Shown here: in pieces, positions 12,922 through 25,900 of the stretch
Layout of the letters: each line of letters starts with the position of its first letter
How positions within the stretch are numbered: position 1 is the first letter of the stretch
NCBI GenBank assembly: GCA_036172245.1
Contig: JAYWIR010000007.1
Location: 4,464,001-4,528,000, forward strand
Reading direction: 5' to 3'
DNA: 64,000 nt
Source: Raillietiella orientalis
Taxonomy: Eukaryota
Position numbers and translations under genes: made by a program
Notes under the pieces: generated by a model
Told to the model about the DNA's origin: nothing
Seen by the model: only the letters and a program-made list of their open reading frames with translations
Database searches by the model: none

Positions 12922-15900
12922 CACCCAGTCACGTCGGGGCGTCTCCTGAAAAAAACGGGAAACCCACCGACGAGCGGCGGGACGTGCAGCCCCGCCTTGT
13001 TCGCGTATGCGAGGAGCCTGCCGGGTCGCTGGCACGCAGGCTGGCGAGGCTCATGCAGGCAGCGGAGAGGGGAAAGGGGGGGAGGGTAAGGGAAAAATAA
13101 AATACAACTTGAATAGAAAACTCCACGGAAGTCCGGGAAGGGATCACTGCCCGCTCGAGGGAGTCCTCTACATCCTTTCCGGGATGCCTAGAAGGTCCTC
13201 CTGGACAGCGCCTAGGTGGGGTCATCTGGCTGCCACCCGCGGGGAGCGAATTGCCAGCCGGGTGGCGTCCCTGCCTCTCCGGGCCGCTCCAGCCTTGTAG
13301 ATGCAGCCAAAGGCTGTCGGGGCTGCTGCGGCTGGCAGAAGGGCACCCCGCACGAAGGGGAGTGGCGAAACGTCCCTGGGGTCGCCCGCCGCGGTCCATC
13401 GGGTCTTCGGTTCACAAGCAGTCCGAGTTAACCTCCCCCTACCCCATCTCCAGTGTCCAGCGGTGTCGGCGGACGTTGCAAGACCCCAGTGCAGCAGCAG
13501 CAGCGCCACTCCCCTCCGCTCCAGGGGGAGGGGCCCCGCTGTTCGCAAACACCGGGGAGCCGTTTCAGGTCTTCGCGAGGAAATTCCCAGCAGCTCGCAC
13601 CAGCGTTGGAGTCCTCTTGGAAGGGCACTCGGGGCCTCAGCGTGCCCCAGGGTCCGGGCACTTATCTCCCTCCTGCCTGCGATCCTGCAGGGGAGTCCCC
13701 ACCTCACCGGCTGGCTACCATTCGCCTCTCTCGGGGAGGGCAGCGCAGAAGCAAGGGGGAAGGGGAGAGGAGGCGTTCCGCCCATGCTCTCTCGGCGAGG
13801 GGACATGCAGGGACGCACCGTCCGGCGCTCAGCACCCAACAGGGGACGCGCCATCTGAATGGAAGCCGCCGTTCCATGCGCCCCTTCGCCAGGAGGCCAA
13901 GCCCCCCATCCAGGCACGGAGTCCGTAAGGCCGGACTCGGGGCCTCGGTCAAGGGATCACCCCCTGCTAGGGAAGGAGCTCGAGGGAGATCGCGGCCAAG
14001 GCACGGACCCTCCGTGGCTCGCGGGCGGCGCCTGCGGCACCAACCGGCTGCCACAACGACGCCGGCGGCTGCCTTCGACCCGCCCTGAGCTTCGGGGCAT
14101 GGTCAAGAAGCCGCTCGAGTCCCCCCTTCCCTGGGAAGTGACGCAGGGGATCGCACGTCCAGGAAGACTCACACTGTTGCTCGCGGCAACAGGAAGCGCA
14201 CGTGGAATGTCTGGCCGGGTGGTGGTTCCCCCACGGACGGAAGGATCCAGCCGGTAGTCGAGGGAGTGCCGCTTCTCTTCCGAAGGGGGCGGGTGAGGGG
14301 GCCGCGAAGACGTGCGCGCAGTCTGGGTGCCATCCCGTGCAACGGCGCACGGGGGTTGGCGCGGGAAGAGGCGACCTCTGACCTCTCTCCGATTGCAAAC
14401 TCACGCCGGCGACCCAACCCGACCCGCTGGTCGGGAGGGGAGCCGCTTCACTCCTAGGGGAAGGCAGCGGCTAATAGACAGGGAGAAGGGTGGTCCCGTC
14501 GCTCATCCCCAGCCAATGCCAGGGGCGTCCTGGGGATGACGCGGCTGCTCCCGGATTCCTCCTCAGCAAGGTCCGAGGCGTGAGTTGGACCCCCCTTCGC
14601 AATTCTTCCTCTCCCCGCCCCCCAAAAGGATCCGTAGAGATCCGTAGAGATTCGGGAGATCGCCGCCGTAGGCGTCAGCACGCCTTCAGGCGCATGCCCT
14701 GGCATTCCCGACAGAGCAGGTCGTTCGCGAGGCAGGGAAGAAGCGACGGCAGACTCCGACCCTCCCACTGGGACTCGTCCCATCCCCCATGGGGTGTCTC
14801 GCCCGGGGAGCCAAGGGGCGGAGCGCACCGCCACCACATCCCATCCGCTTCGCTCGCGTCCAGCAGCAGCACACTGGCGGGAGCCCGAGCATGCGTCCGG
14901 CGTCTCTGATGTCAGCATCAACTCCCGGGCACCAAGCGACCCACGTGTGCTCCCCTCCCTTCTTTCCCTTCCAGGAAGCAGGAAGACGTCCTTTCCGGAT
15001 CATCACCTACTGCTCCCCCGAATCTGGGAGTGGCGTTCGAAGGAACCGCCAGGGTCTCTCCGATCCACCTCACCTTAGCCGCTGCCAGCCCGGGAGGGAG
15101 GGGTGCACTCCCTGAGCGCCCGTACCGCATTTCGGAGGCCTTCGGCAGGAAGCGGCCCCCGCCGCGCGCTCTCGCTCTGTCCGCCGCCGCGTGCGAGAGG
15201 ACTCGTCGCTCGAGACATCTCGCGAGCCATTCGCCAACGAGAGGGCGGACCTCCGATGAGAAGTGTGCGCCGTCGGAGGGCGCTTTCGCCGGAGGCCGGG
15301 AACATGCGCGAGCCGCGCTCTCCAGTTTCCCAGAGGGGAAGACCCTTCTCCTTCACCCTCTTCCCCTCCCAAGGAGGGGCCTAGGCCGGAGGAAGAAGGG
15401 AGGAATGTCCCTCCCTCCATCCAGGAAGGGACCTCTTTTCCGGCGAGGCGGCCCTTGAGGGTCGGCTTTTGAAATGACGGTTTGAAAGACGCGTTGCGCC
15501 TCGGATGGGGGGGGGAGGGAGCTCTGGGAGGAGCTGCCCCGTAGGAGCCTCCTGCCGTAGGAGGAGGGGGAAGAGAGGTGACCTCGGACTCATCCGGAGC
15601 GGCCGCAACCTACGGACGAGGAACGGCGGACGCGGCAGCCGACCGAGCCTGTGGTCAGTTGCTGGGCAACCGGCGGAACGAACGCGGCTTCGGTTCGCTT
15701 GCCCCCCCTCCCTCCCCTCCTGTCCTTCCCATCCCTCGCGTGTCGGTCCGGGGTCCGCATTCGGGGACGGAATTTCCGGATAGCGGAGGCGGGCGACTGC
15801 CAGCTGCTGAGAGGTCACGGAACCCTCGCAATCGTCGCGAGGCGTGCTGGGAGACATGGGGAGCGAGTGGTGTTGGACCGCAGAAATAGAGCGGAAAGCA

Positions 15901-17450
15901 GGACTTCCTCCGGGAGAGTTCGGGGCAGAGCCGCGGGGTCGCCTCCCAGTCTCCGCACCACTTCGGAGCGCCTCTACGAGCCGGCTCGGGGGACCCCCCA
16001 GCAGAAGACCCGGGAGGCCTGCCTTTCTCTTCCCGCCTCCGAGAGGTCCTCCCCGACCGAAAGGAGCGACGGGATACCCGCCGTTCCCACCCACCCCCTC
16101 GGCTCTTTCCCCATCCCTCCCTCCCGGGAGCGTCCTCTGCCGAAGGGTCATCGGGAAGGGAAGGGAAGGGAGGGAGGCCTCGAGAGCGTTCCTGTGTTTG
16201 CCATCCCCACCGGGAAGGGGGGTCGACGCTCGCGAAAGCCAGGAGCGAGTGCCGGAGGGGACTCTCCAAGCGCCGCGGTAGGGGCCCCACGGAAACCTCT
16301 CCCTTCCTGCGAGGTGGCGGACGAGACGAGAAGGGGCGCCTCGGCGGTGGAGAAAGAAAAGGGCTAGCCCTCCGGCTGCTCGGGGGGCCACCGGTCCACG
16401 AGGGCCTGAGAGTTCGCCTCTGAGCGCCCTCCGGCCTCCCGCTCCTACCCCCTGCGTGCTGTCCGCCCTGCAACCGCTCTCCCGAAGGGTCCACCGCGCC
16501 GCATGGGGCCGGTGCCGTCCCTCCCAGGTCGGCGGCGTCCCTGGAAGATCCAGGAGGAGGGAAGGGAGACTCCGGCTCGCTCCCGAAAAGCGGGGCCCCT
16601 CCGCTCACGGGCGACGCGTGGGGGGACCAAGAGGAGCCCCCTCCGAGCCCTCGGGAGGATCGCGAGGTCGCTCCCCGGCGCCTTCGGACGTGCTGGGACG
16701 CCGCCGCTCCCGAGGCCTTTTCCCCCCCTTCGAGCGTCCGGGAAGCGCGACGGGAAATGGGAAAGAGGGAGCGGAACCGGGAGCTTCCTGCCCGTTCCGC
16801 GCGACGCCCCTCTCCCGGATGGCGGGCCTGGATGCAGAGCGGAGTTCCCCCCCTCCCCTTCTTTCCTGCCATCCGGAAAGGACGGGGGCAGACGGCTGCT
16901 GCTCCAGGGATGCACCCGCCAGCTCACGCGGGAGGGAAAGAGGTGCGAGGGGCTGTCCATCGCGCCCGGGTACCCCTGCCCTTCCCGGGAGGGGCAAGAC
17001 AGCCGACCGGGGGAGCGAGCTGACTCTTCGCTTTCGGCGCTGCTGCCAACGCACCCAGGGCGGAGGGTGTACCGGGTGTGTCGGAAGCCCCCTCGCCGCT
17101 TCCCAGATCCGGGAGGCCTCTCACGACCCTCCTCCGGGATGAACAGGAGGGGAGAAGGACCCCTCTTCGCGGGGGGTTCAGGGGGAGGAAGGACAACGAA
17201 ACGATTTAGAAGTGCATCCGGAAGTCCCCCTTCGAAACGACCGGGGGGGGGGCAAGCCGCTCTCGGAGTAGCTTCTTTTTCCAGGAACGGCGCTCGCCGA
17301 AGGCATTCGAACGAGAAGGGGGGGAGGGGACACGGTGCGCATGCGCGCGCGGACGCACCTTTCTGCCGAGGAAAGGCGCCGCCGGCCGTCTCCCGGCAAC
17401 CGTCCTCGGCGAGGCGAGCACGAGCAGGCGGCCCGCTACTTCCCCGCATT
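12922..17450 (-). mobile_element. LINE-A long relic: ORF1 remnant, EN, RT, zinc finger, tail; EN-RT linker apparently deleted
   Basis: Ordered remnants: TQER (LQET-like, ~16190), TDH (~15650), PLGNWR (~15325), PKASE (~15135), LANDLL (YADD position, ~14725), GKGGL (~14125), LLLLHWGL (~13490), FGCIY; terminus GGAGACGCCCCGACGTGACTGGGTG. The 5' boundary is uncertain. Confidence 0.65.
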
Positions 17451-18560
17451 GTTGGCGACGAGGTCGGGTGGCGGCGCTGCGCTCCGGCGCCTGTGGTCCC
17501 GTCCCCTCACTCCTCGCCTTCCGCAACGATGGGGATGGGGAAGCGCACGGGGAGTGGGGTCCCGGAGAACGCGCTTTCCGCAGGAATTCTCTCCGCCACC
17601 TCCCCCGCCAGCTACGGCCGCTCCAAGTGGCAACGCGGCTGGCATCAAAGTTTTCGTTCTCCCTTTCCTCGACCCCGGGCGCCCGATCCGGTCTCCCAGT
17701 CGTGTGTGTTTGGAGGGAGGGCAGAAACCGGAGGGAGAGACGCAAAAAGGGGGAGGGGGGCGGGGGAAGAGCTGTCCCACCGCTGCCGCCACGCCGTCCG
17801 CCGCGAAAGAAACCGTTAAGAGATCGGCGTACGCAGCGCCGCCCGGGTTGGCGCTGCGTACGCCGTTCATTTCGCGCGGCGCTCGCCTCGTGCGTGCGGT
17901 TCGTTTCAGCCCGCGAGACGCGCGCGCGCGCGCGTGCGTCACGTGAGCAGCGTTCACTCAACGCCAGTCGCAGTAGCCGCCATGTGCGAAACCGGAAGCA
18001 TCTGCGAGCCTGCATCACGAACACGGAAGCGAAAGTGAAAATTTCCTTTCCTGGTGTGTGTGTGTGTCTCTCTCCCTCCCTCCTTCCTTCCTTCCCTCTC
18101 GTCCCCCCCCCCCCCCGCCGCTGAGAAGGAGAGGAGGAACAGCGAGTTTTTTTGGCGAGCTTTTTCGGGGTGGCGCACTCGTGCCGAAACTCGGCTTCCG
18201 GCACCCGCTTGCGGTGGTGCCGGTCCCAGAACCGAGCAGTCTGGGTCGAGCGTTCGTGCGCGCGCGCCGTGGCGTGGGGCCTTTCCTCCCCCGCGACCTT
18301 TGCCTGATGTTCTTGCAACCTCCTTTGTGATCCGGAACCGAATCCCCCCCCCCCCTCCCAGCGAAACGGACCGCATGCGCACCGCCGACACCTTCCGGGC
18401 GAGGGGTTCATTCCCAGAATGCAGCGAATAGGTGACTGTGGTGCCGAATAGGTGCTGTGCCTTCCGTCCAATCAGGAGAGTTTACGTGAGCGATGACGCG
18501 CGGCAACAATGGGTTTCCCTTAGTTACCTGCCCATCGAACAGGGAAGCGTTTCAGCGCCT
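17330..18560. promoter_or_regulatory. CpG-island promoter-like motif cluster, possibly bidirectional
   Basis: NRF1-type GCGCATGCGC at 17337 and CGCATGCGCA at 18372; E-box TCACGTGA at 17939; YY1/Kozak-type GCCGCCATGT at 17976; ETS CCGGAAG cores at 17992, 18195 and 18392; ZNF143/Staf-type TTCCCAGAATGCA at 18411; CCAATCA at 18468; CRE half-site TGACG at 18494. Confidence 0.55.
17918..17939. repeat. (CG)8 within an alternating purine-pyrimidine tract
   Basis: ACGCGCGCGCGCGCGCGTGCGT read directly from the sequence. Confidence 0.9.
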
Positions 18561-21500
18561 GCAAAAAGGGTCACTCTGGCCGGCTTTGGTCACTTGAACG
18601 CTCTCTAAAGGTTGACGAGGGACTGCTGACAGGAGCGGACGGTTCGTCGGAATCCGCTGCGAAAAAGCGGGAGGATTCTTTCCCGAGAAAGAAGGCAAAC
18701 CCGGTGGGGTCTCTTCCCAGCTCGGTTGGAAAAACCGGATGCGGCTGCAGTAGTCTCGCAAAAAAGGAGAAAAAGAAAAAAAGGAAAGGCGCTTTTCGAA
18801 AAGTCCGAAAACAGCGAGCAAAAAACGGAAGAACACGCACACGCAGAAAAAAAGGGGGAAGGAAGCGTGGCTAGGGGGAGGGCACGCAGGTGCACTGGAA
18901 ACCCCTCGGGGGCAGCCTTCCGCAGCGTCCGCAACGGGCACCGGCGAGGAGCGCGTAAACGTCTGCCGATGAAATTTAGCAACTCGTAAAGAAGAGGCGA
19001 GCCCGAGGGAGGGCGCTGCGCTGGCGACCGGGCGACCGGCTGGGATCTCCGAGCCGGACCGGATAAACAGCTGTCAGTCCCGTCGCCAGGCGACGGTAAA
19101 TCACGAGCTCGCCGAAAGTGACGCCGCCGAGGAGGCCCGTTTCCCCGCGCGCCGGTCTCCGTGGAAACGGGGGATCTTTTCATCCTCCGCGGGCGCGCGT
19201 CTTCCGTCCTGCCGGCCGGGAGGAGAGCGCCGCGCGAGCGCGCCAGTTGATACGGAGCCACGCCGGCCGGGAATTTATTATTATGGTTGTTATTTTACCG
19301 GGGCGCGCACGCAGCGCTTGCCAGCACGTCGCCTTTGTTTGCTCGCCGTTGGGTGCCAGATGCGCCTCCGTTTCCTGCTCCAGCCAAGAGCGAATCTTGG
19401 ACGCTGCTCAATAAGAGATCTCACCGAGATGGAAGACTCGATTTATGCGGGGAAATTAACTTCCCCGGAGCCATCTCCTTTCATAACCGTTCAATGTGCG
19501 AGAGCCTCCAGCGCCGCGCGCGGGAATGCCGTGGCAAAAAACCGTTTCCCGTAACTGTGTGCCAGCGCGCCTTTGTTTTCTCCACGGTTTCCAGGATCCT
19601 CCTCCTTGGAGGGCGGCGCTGGCGGGGCGGGGGCTTTCGCCAGCGGACTGGGAGGGAGGGAGGGGACGGGGGGGGGGGGCAAGGTGATCCCGAGAGGAAA
19701 CCGGACCGGCATCTCTCTCTCGCCCCGGTGGTAAACCGGGGCGCTGCTGCCGACCGGGCGCAACAAACGCCCCCACCACGCATGCGCGCGCGTCCACGCC
19801 GGCGCCAAAAGATCCCATCACTCCGGCGAAGGCAGGGGTGGGAAGTGCGCGCGCGCGATCGCAATGGGGCAAGGGGACACCCGGGAAGCGCGCGCACAAG
19901 CTGCTAATAAAACAAAAAAGGCCAACGGGCGGCCGCGTACTGCTGGGCGTAGCTTTGCTTGCGAGTGTTGTGTGTGATCTCAGCAGCGAGTGCGCGCCCG
20001 CTGCGTGACGCGGATGGTGACGGTGCACGCAGCGACACGCGCGCTCGCTCGCCCGCCGCAAAGTCGCAGCCTCCTCGCTTTCCCGCCGTGTTACGCTCGC
20101 GTCGTATCGAGCCTCCCCCCCCCTTCGGCCCCCGGCGGATATCCATGCGGTGACCTAGGAGGGGCGCCTTCCCTCCCCCCCCCCTCTCATTCTCCTTGGA
20201 CCGCGCCACCTCGACCTGGAGTTGGTTCGGGAGAGCGAGGGAGGAATACTCCCACGCCACGGCGGCGGCGGATGCCCGCTTCCGTCGGGAGCGTTCCTGT
20301 TCCTGCCGGTCCGCTCGACGGGGGAAGCTTCCTCTCCGGGCGCATCCGTCCGGCGAGGGCGGAAGGGGTGGTGCATGCGGCGTGCCTGTGAAGGGACGCC
20401 TTCCTGTTTCCGCGCGCGTCTCTTCTCCCGGGACCCTCCCCCGGCGGCGTCCGTCTTTACGTTTCCGCTCGCGTCTTCCGCTCCTTTCTTTTTCCGGCTT
20501 CCCTTCCTTCCTCTCCTCCCCCTCCTCTTTCCCTTTTGCTCTTCCCTTTCCCCTCGCGCTTTTCCGGATCCCCTCTCCTGCCCTCGCGGGCGGGCGGAGG
20601 AAAGGCGCGCTCCCGGGAAGGACGCACTCCGGGAAGGATTTCCTTCCGAGGAGCGCTGTCCGAACCTCGATGCAGCGTGATGGGGGGGGGGGGGGTTGCA
20701 ACATCTCTTCCTCCCCCTCCCTTCCTTCCCCTTTTTTTCCCCTCCGGGAAGTTTCGCCCGCAGCGGAAGGAGACGCCCGTCCATTCCTGGGGGCGCGTCC
20801 CCGCCGCCCGCCTGGCAGGGATGACGACGCGCATCCTCATCTGGTTCCTTCCACCCCTTTCCTTCTTTCCCGTCCCCGAAGGCGTTGCAGGTCTGTCCTG
20901 GCCATTATCCCCGTGGATGTGCCGCGGATATATCCACCAAGCATCCCCTTTTCCGCTCTGCCCATCTACACGAATGACTACCCTAGACACGCCACTAGGA
21001 GGGCGCGACCGCTCCGCCGGGAGGACCCGTCGCTTCCCGGATGTTCCGACCGGAGGGAAGCACGCGCGAAGAGGGAAACGGGGGTTTCCGGAAGCGACCC
21101 GTTTCCCGGAAACCGGCGGGAATATTGGCGGTCGACGGCAGGTCTCCTGTTCGAAGCCCCTCTGGAACATCGGCTGCGACGGCGGCGCGCCCAGGGCGTG
21201 CCGGGAGCCGAGGCGGAAGTGCGCGCGCGCGAAAGTGAAAGCGAAGGGAGCCCGTGTCCCCCCTCCCCCGCCGGTCGAGAAGTCCTGGAGGATTTCTCGC
21301 GGGCGTCTTGCAAACCCTAAGAGGAGGGAGGGAGGCACGTATGGGAGGGAACTTCCCTCCCCCTCCATCCCCATACACACAATAAAAAAAAAAAAGACGG
21401 AGAGAGAATGCTCGCGCAATAAGCTTGCGGTCACTGCGAAGAGATGGCACGGTCGACGGGTGCCACCGCCGCGCGAAGGAAGAGCCGGCGGGTAGGGGGG

Positions 21501-23139
21501 ACAACCACTCGCGCCAACGAGGGACGCCCTTTGCCTCCTGCTGCTGGGGAGGAGGTTTCCTGCGTTCTTGGACGACGCGTTCCCTCCATCTGGGTTGCAC
21601 ACGGGAGCGCGGAGGGTCTCGTCGCCTAGGGGCTTGACAGTCAGCTCGCACTCCCCTCGCACCGCCAGGTCTCGCCTGCCCCTGGGAGTAGAAGTGGGGG
21701 GTAGGGGAGTATCTGACCCTCGCCAAGCGCTTCGAAGACACCGAGAGCCGGAGGACACAGAAGCGCACGGTCCGGGGCTGGAAGGGGAGGAGCGTCTCGG
21801 CCTGAGCTCTCTCCCGGGTGACCTCCCGAGCCGGGCGCTGCTGCCACGCCAGCAGTCGGACGCCCCCTGCCGCCGCGGCGAGGAAAAATCCCCTTCATCC
21901 TCCCCCAGTGCCGCCCTCTCTGTCCTGTGCTTTGCTGAAGGTGGGGAGGGGGAGGGGGGCAGTAGTCAGCGGGCTGCCATGTGGGTGGGGCAGGGGAACG
22001 CGGCGGCGGCGACAGAGTCCGCGAGGTGGCGAGAAGTCCCTTTCAGCAAAAAAGGGGACTTTTTCGCCCCTCAGCGCCCTCTGAAATGGCGCCTCCCTGG
22101 ATGGAGGGGAGGAATTCAGCGATGCGCTGGGGGAGGCGCTCCCCACGCTAGGACCGATCCGGAGGGGCCCTCGGAGGAGGGCAAAGTGAAAGGGAATGGG
22201 GTTTTTCTCCCCGATTCGACCGAGGGAGGGACCCGGGACGCGACGTCCCTGCCATCCCTGGCGCCCCCCTCGTCTGGGGCAGCCTTAGAGCGGGGGATGC
22301 ACCCCTCCCCTCCCCTCCTCTTCCAGGAACGGACCCGGTCTTATCCAGAATGAGTTCCGGTTTGTCCTGCAGACGAAAGGGAGGCACCGGGGCTCCCTGA
22401 TTTCCGTGTGGATTTGTCGTCCTAGAGACAGCTTCCAGGAGTTTTGACGTCGCTCCCGGAGCCAGGAAAGCCCGAGGGAACCTCGCAGCAGGGAGCCGGT
22501 GGTCCCCCACCGGTCTTCCTCCCCTTCCCCCCTTCTCCCTCACGGACGCTGCACGCCGCCGCTAGAGTCGGTCGGTGGCAACTCCCGTCCGACAGGAGCG
22601 CCCGGAAGGGTCTCGGCGTGCTGCCAAGGCTCTCTCCAGGACGCTTGGCGGCGCCTGTCCGGAACGGGGAGGGGTCGGAGACGCGGGGTTGTCCCTCCCT
22701 GCTTCTGGGAACGCCGGTCGTCCTTCTCACGCGGCGGCATCCCAGTGGAACCGTCCCGTCCAAGCGGGTCGGTTCCTGCGCTGCTCCTCCTTCTCCTTCC
22801 CTTTCTGCCGGGGGCCCCAGAGACCAGCCGGTGAGAGGGGTGCGTCTCCCCAGCTCTCTTCCAACGCCTTGCGGCAGAAAAAACGGTGCGGCTCGCCCTT
22901 GCCCCGCACCCTTTTACTCTCCTCCGCGGTCCGAGGGAGGAGACGCCCTCGGAGCTTCTTCCGCATGCCGTGGGGAGAAGAAAAAAAAAAAGAGAATGGT
23001 ACTGCCGGGAGCAGCGACTATCGACGTCTTTGCGGCTGGACAGCCGTCGTTCGAGCGTCGCAGCGGCGGCAGACGCTCTCCTTCCGTTTCGTGTGGTTTT
23101 TCTCCTTTTGAGCATCCGTCGACAATGCTTGTTTGTTGC

Positions 23140-24400
23140 TAAGCTCCAGCCAATCAGGCGACGCGGCGGATGTCTCGGAAGTTTGCCCATTGTTGAGAGC
23201 GATCGCCATCCGCTCGGTCGAGCTGGAGTGAGCGCAGTGCCTGTGCGACTTTCACGTGGTGTGCAGTGACCTCCCGCGGGGGGCGCACCGCACGAACACT
23301 GTGAGGTGCATCTCGTCGAGGCTGCACCAGGAAAGGGGGGAGACGGACTGGAGCAACCCCAACCGCCTCCACCAAGTGTGGCGCCGTCGCCGTTGCGCTA
23401 CCGGCTCGGTCAGCGTTCGCCGCTTCATACGGATACGGCGGTGGCGAAACGGTGAATGAGAACTTTGCCAACTTTCTCCACTCCGGAGTCAGACCGTCCC
23501 GCCCCTTTCCTCCTTGTGTCCTTCGGTTCTTCCCTCACTTGGCACGTGGTGGGTGGGCGCGCACCGTTTCGTGGTGATGGTGAGGAAGACCTTCAGAAGA
23601 AATCGTCCCAGGAACGTTCCCTGTTTTGTGTGAGAAGGGAGGAAGCGCGAAGGAAAAGCGCATGGCATCTCGGGGCAACGACTTCCATCTAATCTTGTCA
23701 TGGGAAACGTCACTCCAGTGCAGCTCCCACATCACTCGAGACGCTCACTGTGCCAAGGTGATTCTCGGCAGAGTACAAGAACCCGCAACCATGGCTGCAC
23801 ACATCACGTGCCGGGCGGCAGGCGAAGCCGCTGTTCCAGAATGTTTCGGTGGCTTCCCAAATCGAGATGCATCCCTCCTGGGCGAAAAAGAAAGTCCGGG
23901 GCGGCCCTCGGCAACCTGTGCGGAGGACGTACTTTTTTTGGCTTCGCGCCTGTTTTCTCCCCGAGCCCGGCACCGCGAGACCCCCTCGGCCAGCGCCGGC
24001 CTCTCGTAGAAACCCTCAGTCGAAGATGCGCGAGTCCCGCTCATTCGGAAAACGTAGGTCCTCGAAGGACGGAGCCGGAAAGAAGGGCGGGAGCCTGGAT
24101 GTGGTCACAACGGAAGACGGAAGCAGCCGGGGTTTCCGTCACCCAGGCGCCCACGTGGAGGTGAAAGATTGCTATCGCCTCCCCGACGTCCGGATCCACC
24201 CATCGCGGAAGCGCCATACCCCATTGCTGAGAGTTCGCGTGCGCCACGGTACTCCGTGTCTTTGATCCGCGTGAGTCAGGCACATCCCGTCGCCACCGTC
24301 GACGAAAGGGAGAGGAGCCTCCGGTTTGCGCTTTCTATCATGCAGCCTCCTTCTTCGGTCTCCGGGAGTGACCGCGCGCGAGTGTCCGTCATTTGAAGCA
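23140..24400 (+). mobile_element. Possible 5' region/ORF1 relic of a LINE
   Basis: AGCCAATCAG at about 23148, followed by coding-like sequence containing EVKDCYRL...TPLLRVRV (resembles the ORF1 RRM pattern cyRl..RP.lv.f). Weak. Confidence 0.3.
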
Positions 24401-25089
24401 GACAAACAAACAAACAAAAAAAAAAAACATGGGACGTAATTCTACTCGCAGTGCCGCGTCACGATCTGCTGATGCGAAACGGGTTTGTGGTGTGCAGGGC
24501 CCCCCCTATCGATACAAGAGGTGTTTCCGTCACCTTCGCGTCTCGTTTCGGGCGCAGGCGGCGAAGCTGCTACGGGGCCTCCGCCGCCATGGCAACTCCG
24601 GCTCGTCCGTCTCCGGCCGATCGAAGCGCGTAGGCGCAATGAACCGTGGCGGATTATCGATCGAGAGGGAGAAAAAGAAGGTGCTGCCGTTTGAAGCCGA
24701 AGATCGGAGACACCAGGAAGCGGAACGCTGCTCTTGCGCCGGAGTGATCCCACGTCCCTCCCGCGCAGAGGTGCACCGGAGCTCGTAGATCAGCTCGGAT
24801 GCAAAACATCCGGAAACGGCAAATCTTCTTGTGGGGCCGCTCCACGGATTGGGTTTTCGTTGTTCCGTCTCACGCCGCCGGAAGGTCTCTGGAGTTCCAC
24901 GAGCTTTCTCTCCAGCCTTGACCCATGTAGTGACCACTTGGTCCCTCAAGGTTTTATTAGTTCGTCAGTCACGCGTTAACACTCTTCACTGCCCGACGCT
25001 GGTGCACCGGTAATTCAGCTGGGGCGAAACCTCCAAGCGTTTGCCCCTTTCCTCCGCGTGGGCAATTCTTGGAATTTTGTCGAGATCAA

Positions 25090-25900
25090 GGATTGCCGCG
25101 GAAGCTGGGCCAGTGCATAGACCGCGGAAACGCGAGGTCAGCGAGGGAGAGTAAATGTTCTCTGAGGAGAGAAAGGGTCTCTTGTGCTGACGTGGTGGTG
25201 GGGAATCCACCCGCCGCACCGAAAGCCTTCGCTCGGTTCCTGGGAAATGCTGCTGGACCAACCCGAGCGGGGAAAAAGGCGAACCGAGAATTAGGTTGGG
25301 ACGATCGTTTCTTCTGGACGAGTCGGAACCGCTCTTCCGCGGAGCGGCGGCGACGACAGTTGCAGAGGAAGAAGGTTTCGCTGACTTCCTTCGGGAAGAC
25401 CGTCATCCCTGCAGGCGAGGAGAGGCGAAGACGCCGTTGGACTCGCCTCCTTCGGCCGAGTGGCGGTCTCTGCGTGTGGCACCAATGCGTTGCGGGCGCA
25501 GATAGGTCGCGTTAATGCGGCCAGAAACCTCCGTGCCCCCCAGGAGCTTTAGAAGAAGCTCCTGGTCGACGCGTGCTTTTCGCAGGTCGACTGCGACCTC
25601 TGGGGCTCCCTGTTTCCCTTCCTTGACCAGCGGACGACCCGAGATTCGGCTGACCCGTTCGGAAGAAAAGGTCCTGGAAGTTCCCCTACGCTCGGGAACG
25701 GGGGAGGCCGGGGAGAAGCGCATTGCGATTTAGGGAACGCGATCGGGCGCTGTCCCCTTGCGACGGCTTCTCGAACAGGCCGCAACATCTGCACGACCAC
25801 CGGCGGCAGCTCAGCTGATGGGAGGAGGGGGAAGCGGCTGACTCCTTGCCGATGCAACCAGATCGATTCGAGCCGACCCTAGTTCCACCTGCGCGCCGCC
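25090..25900 (-). mobile_element. Non-LTR RT relic of a different clade (RTE/CR1-like)
   Basis: QRPIAF (domain 1), then VAVDLRKARVDQELLLKLLG (DLxKAFDxV...LLxKL), then RLQG. Confidence 0.65.

Noticed and set aside
7000..23000. rDNA spacer or herpesvirus-like GC-rich DNA
   Set aside because: No rRNA conserved sequence or viral core gene recognised. Much of the region resolves into LINE relics.
6698..23200. Many ORFs of 250-440 aa on both strands
   Set aside because: R/G/P/A-rich and overlapping in all frames, as expected when stop codons are scarce at high GC. Real motifs jump between frames, so these are not genes.
23849..23900. Aldo-keto reductase-like QIEMHPSW
   Set aside because: The flanking AKR motifs (GVSNF, AYSPLG) and splice sites are absent.
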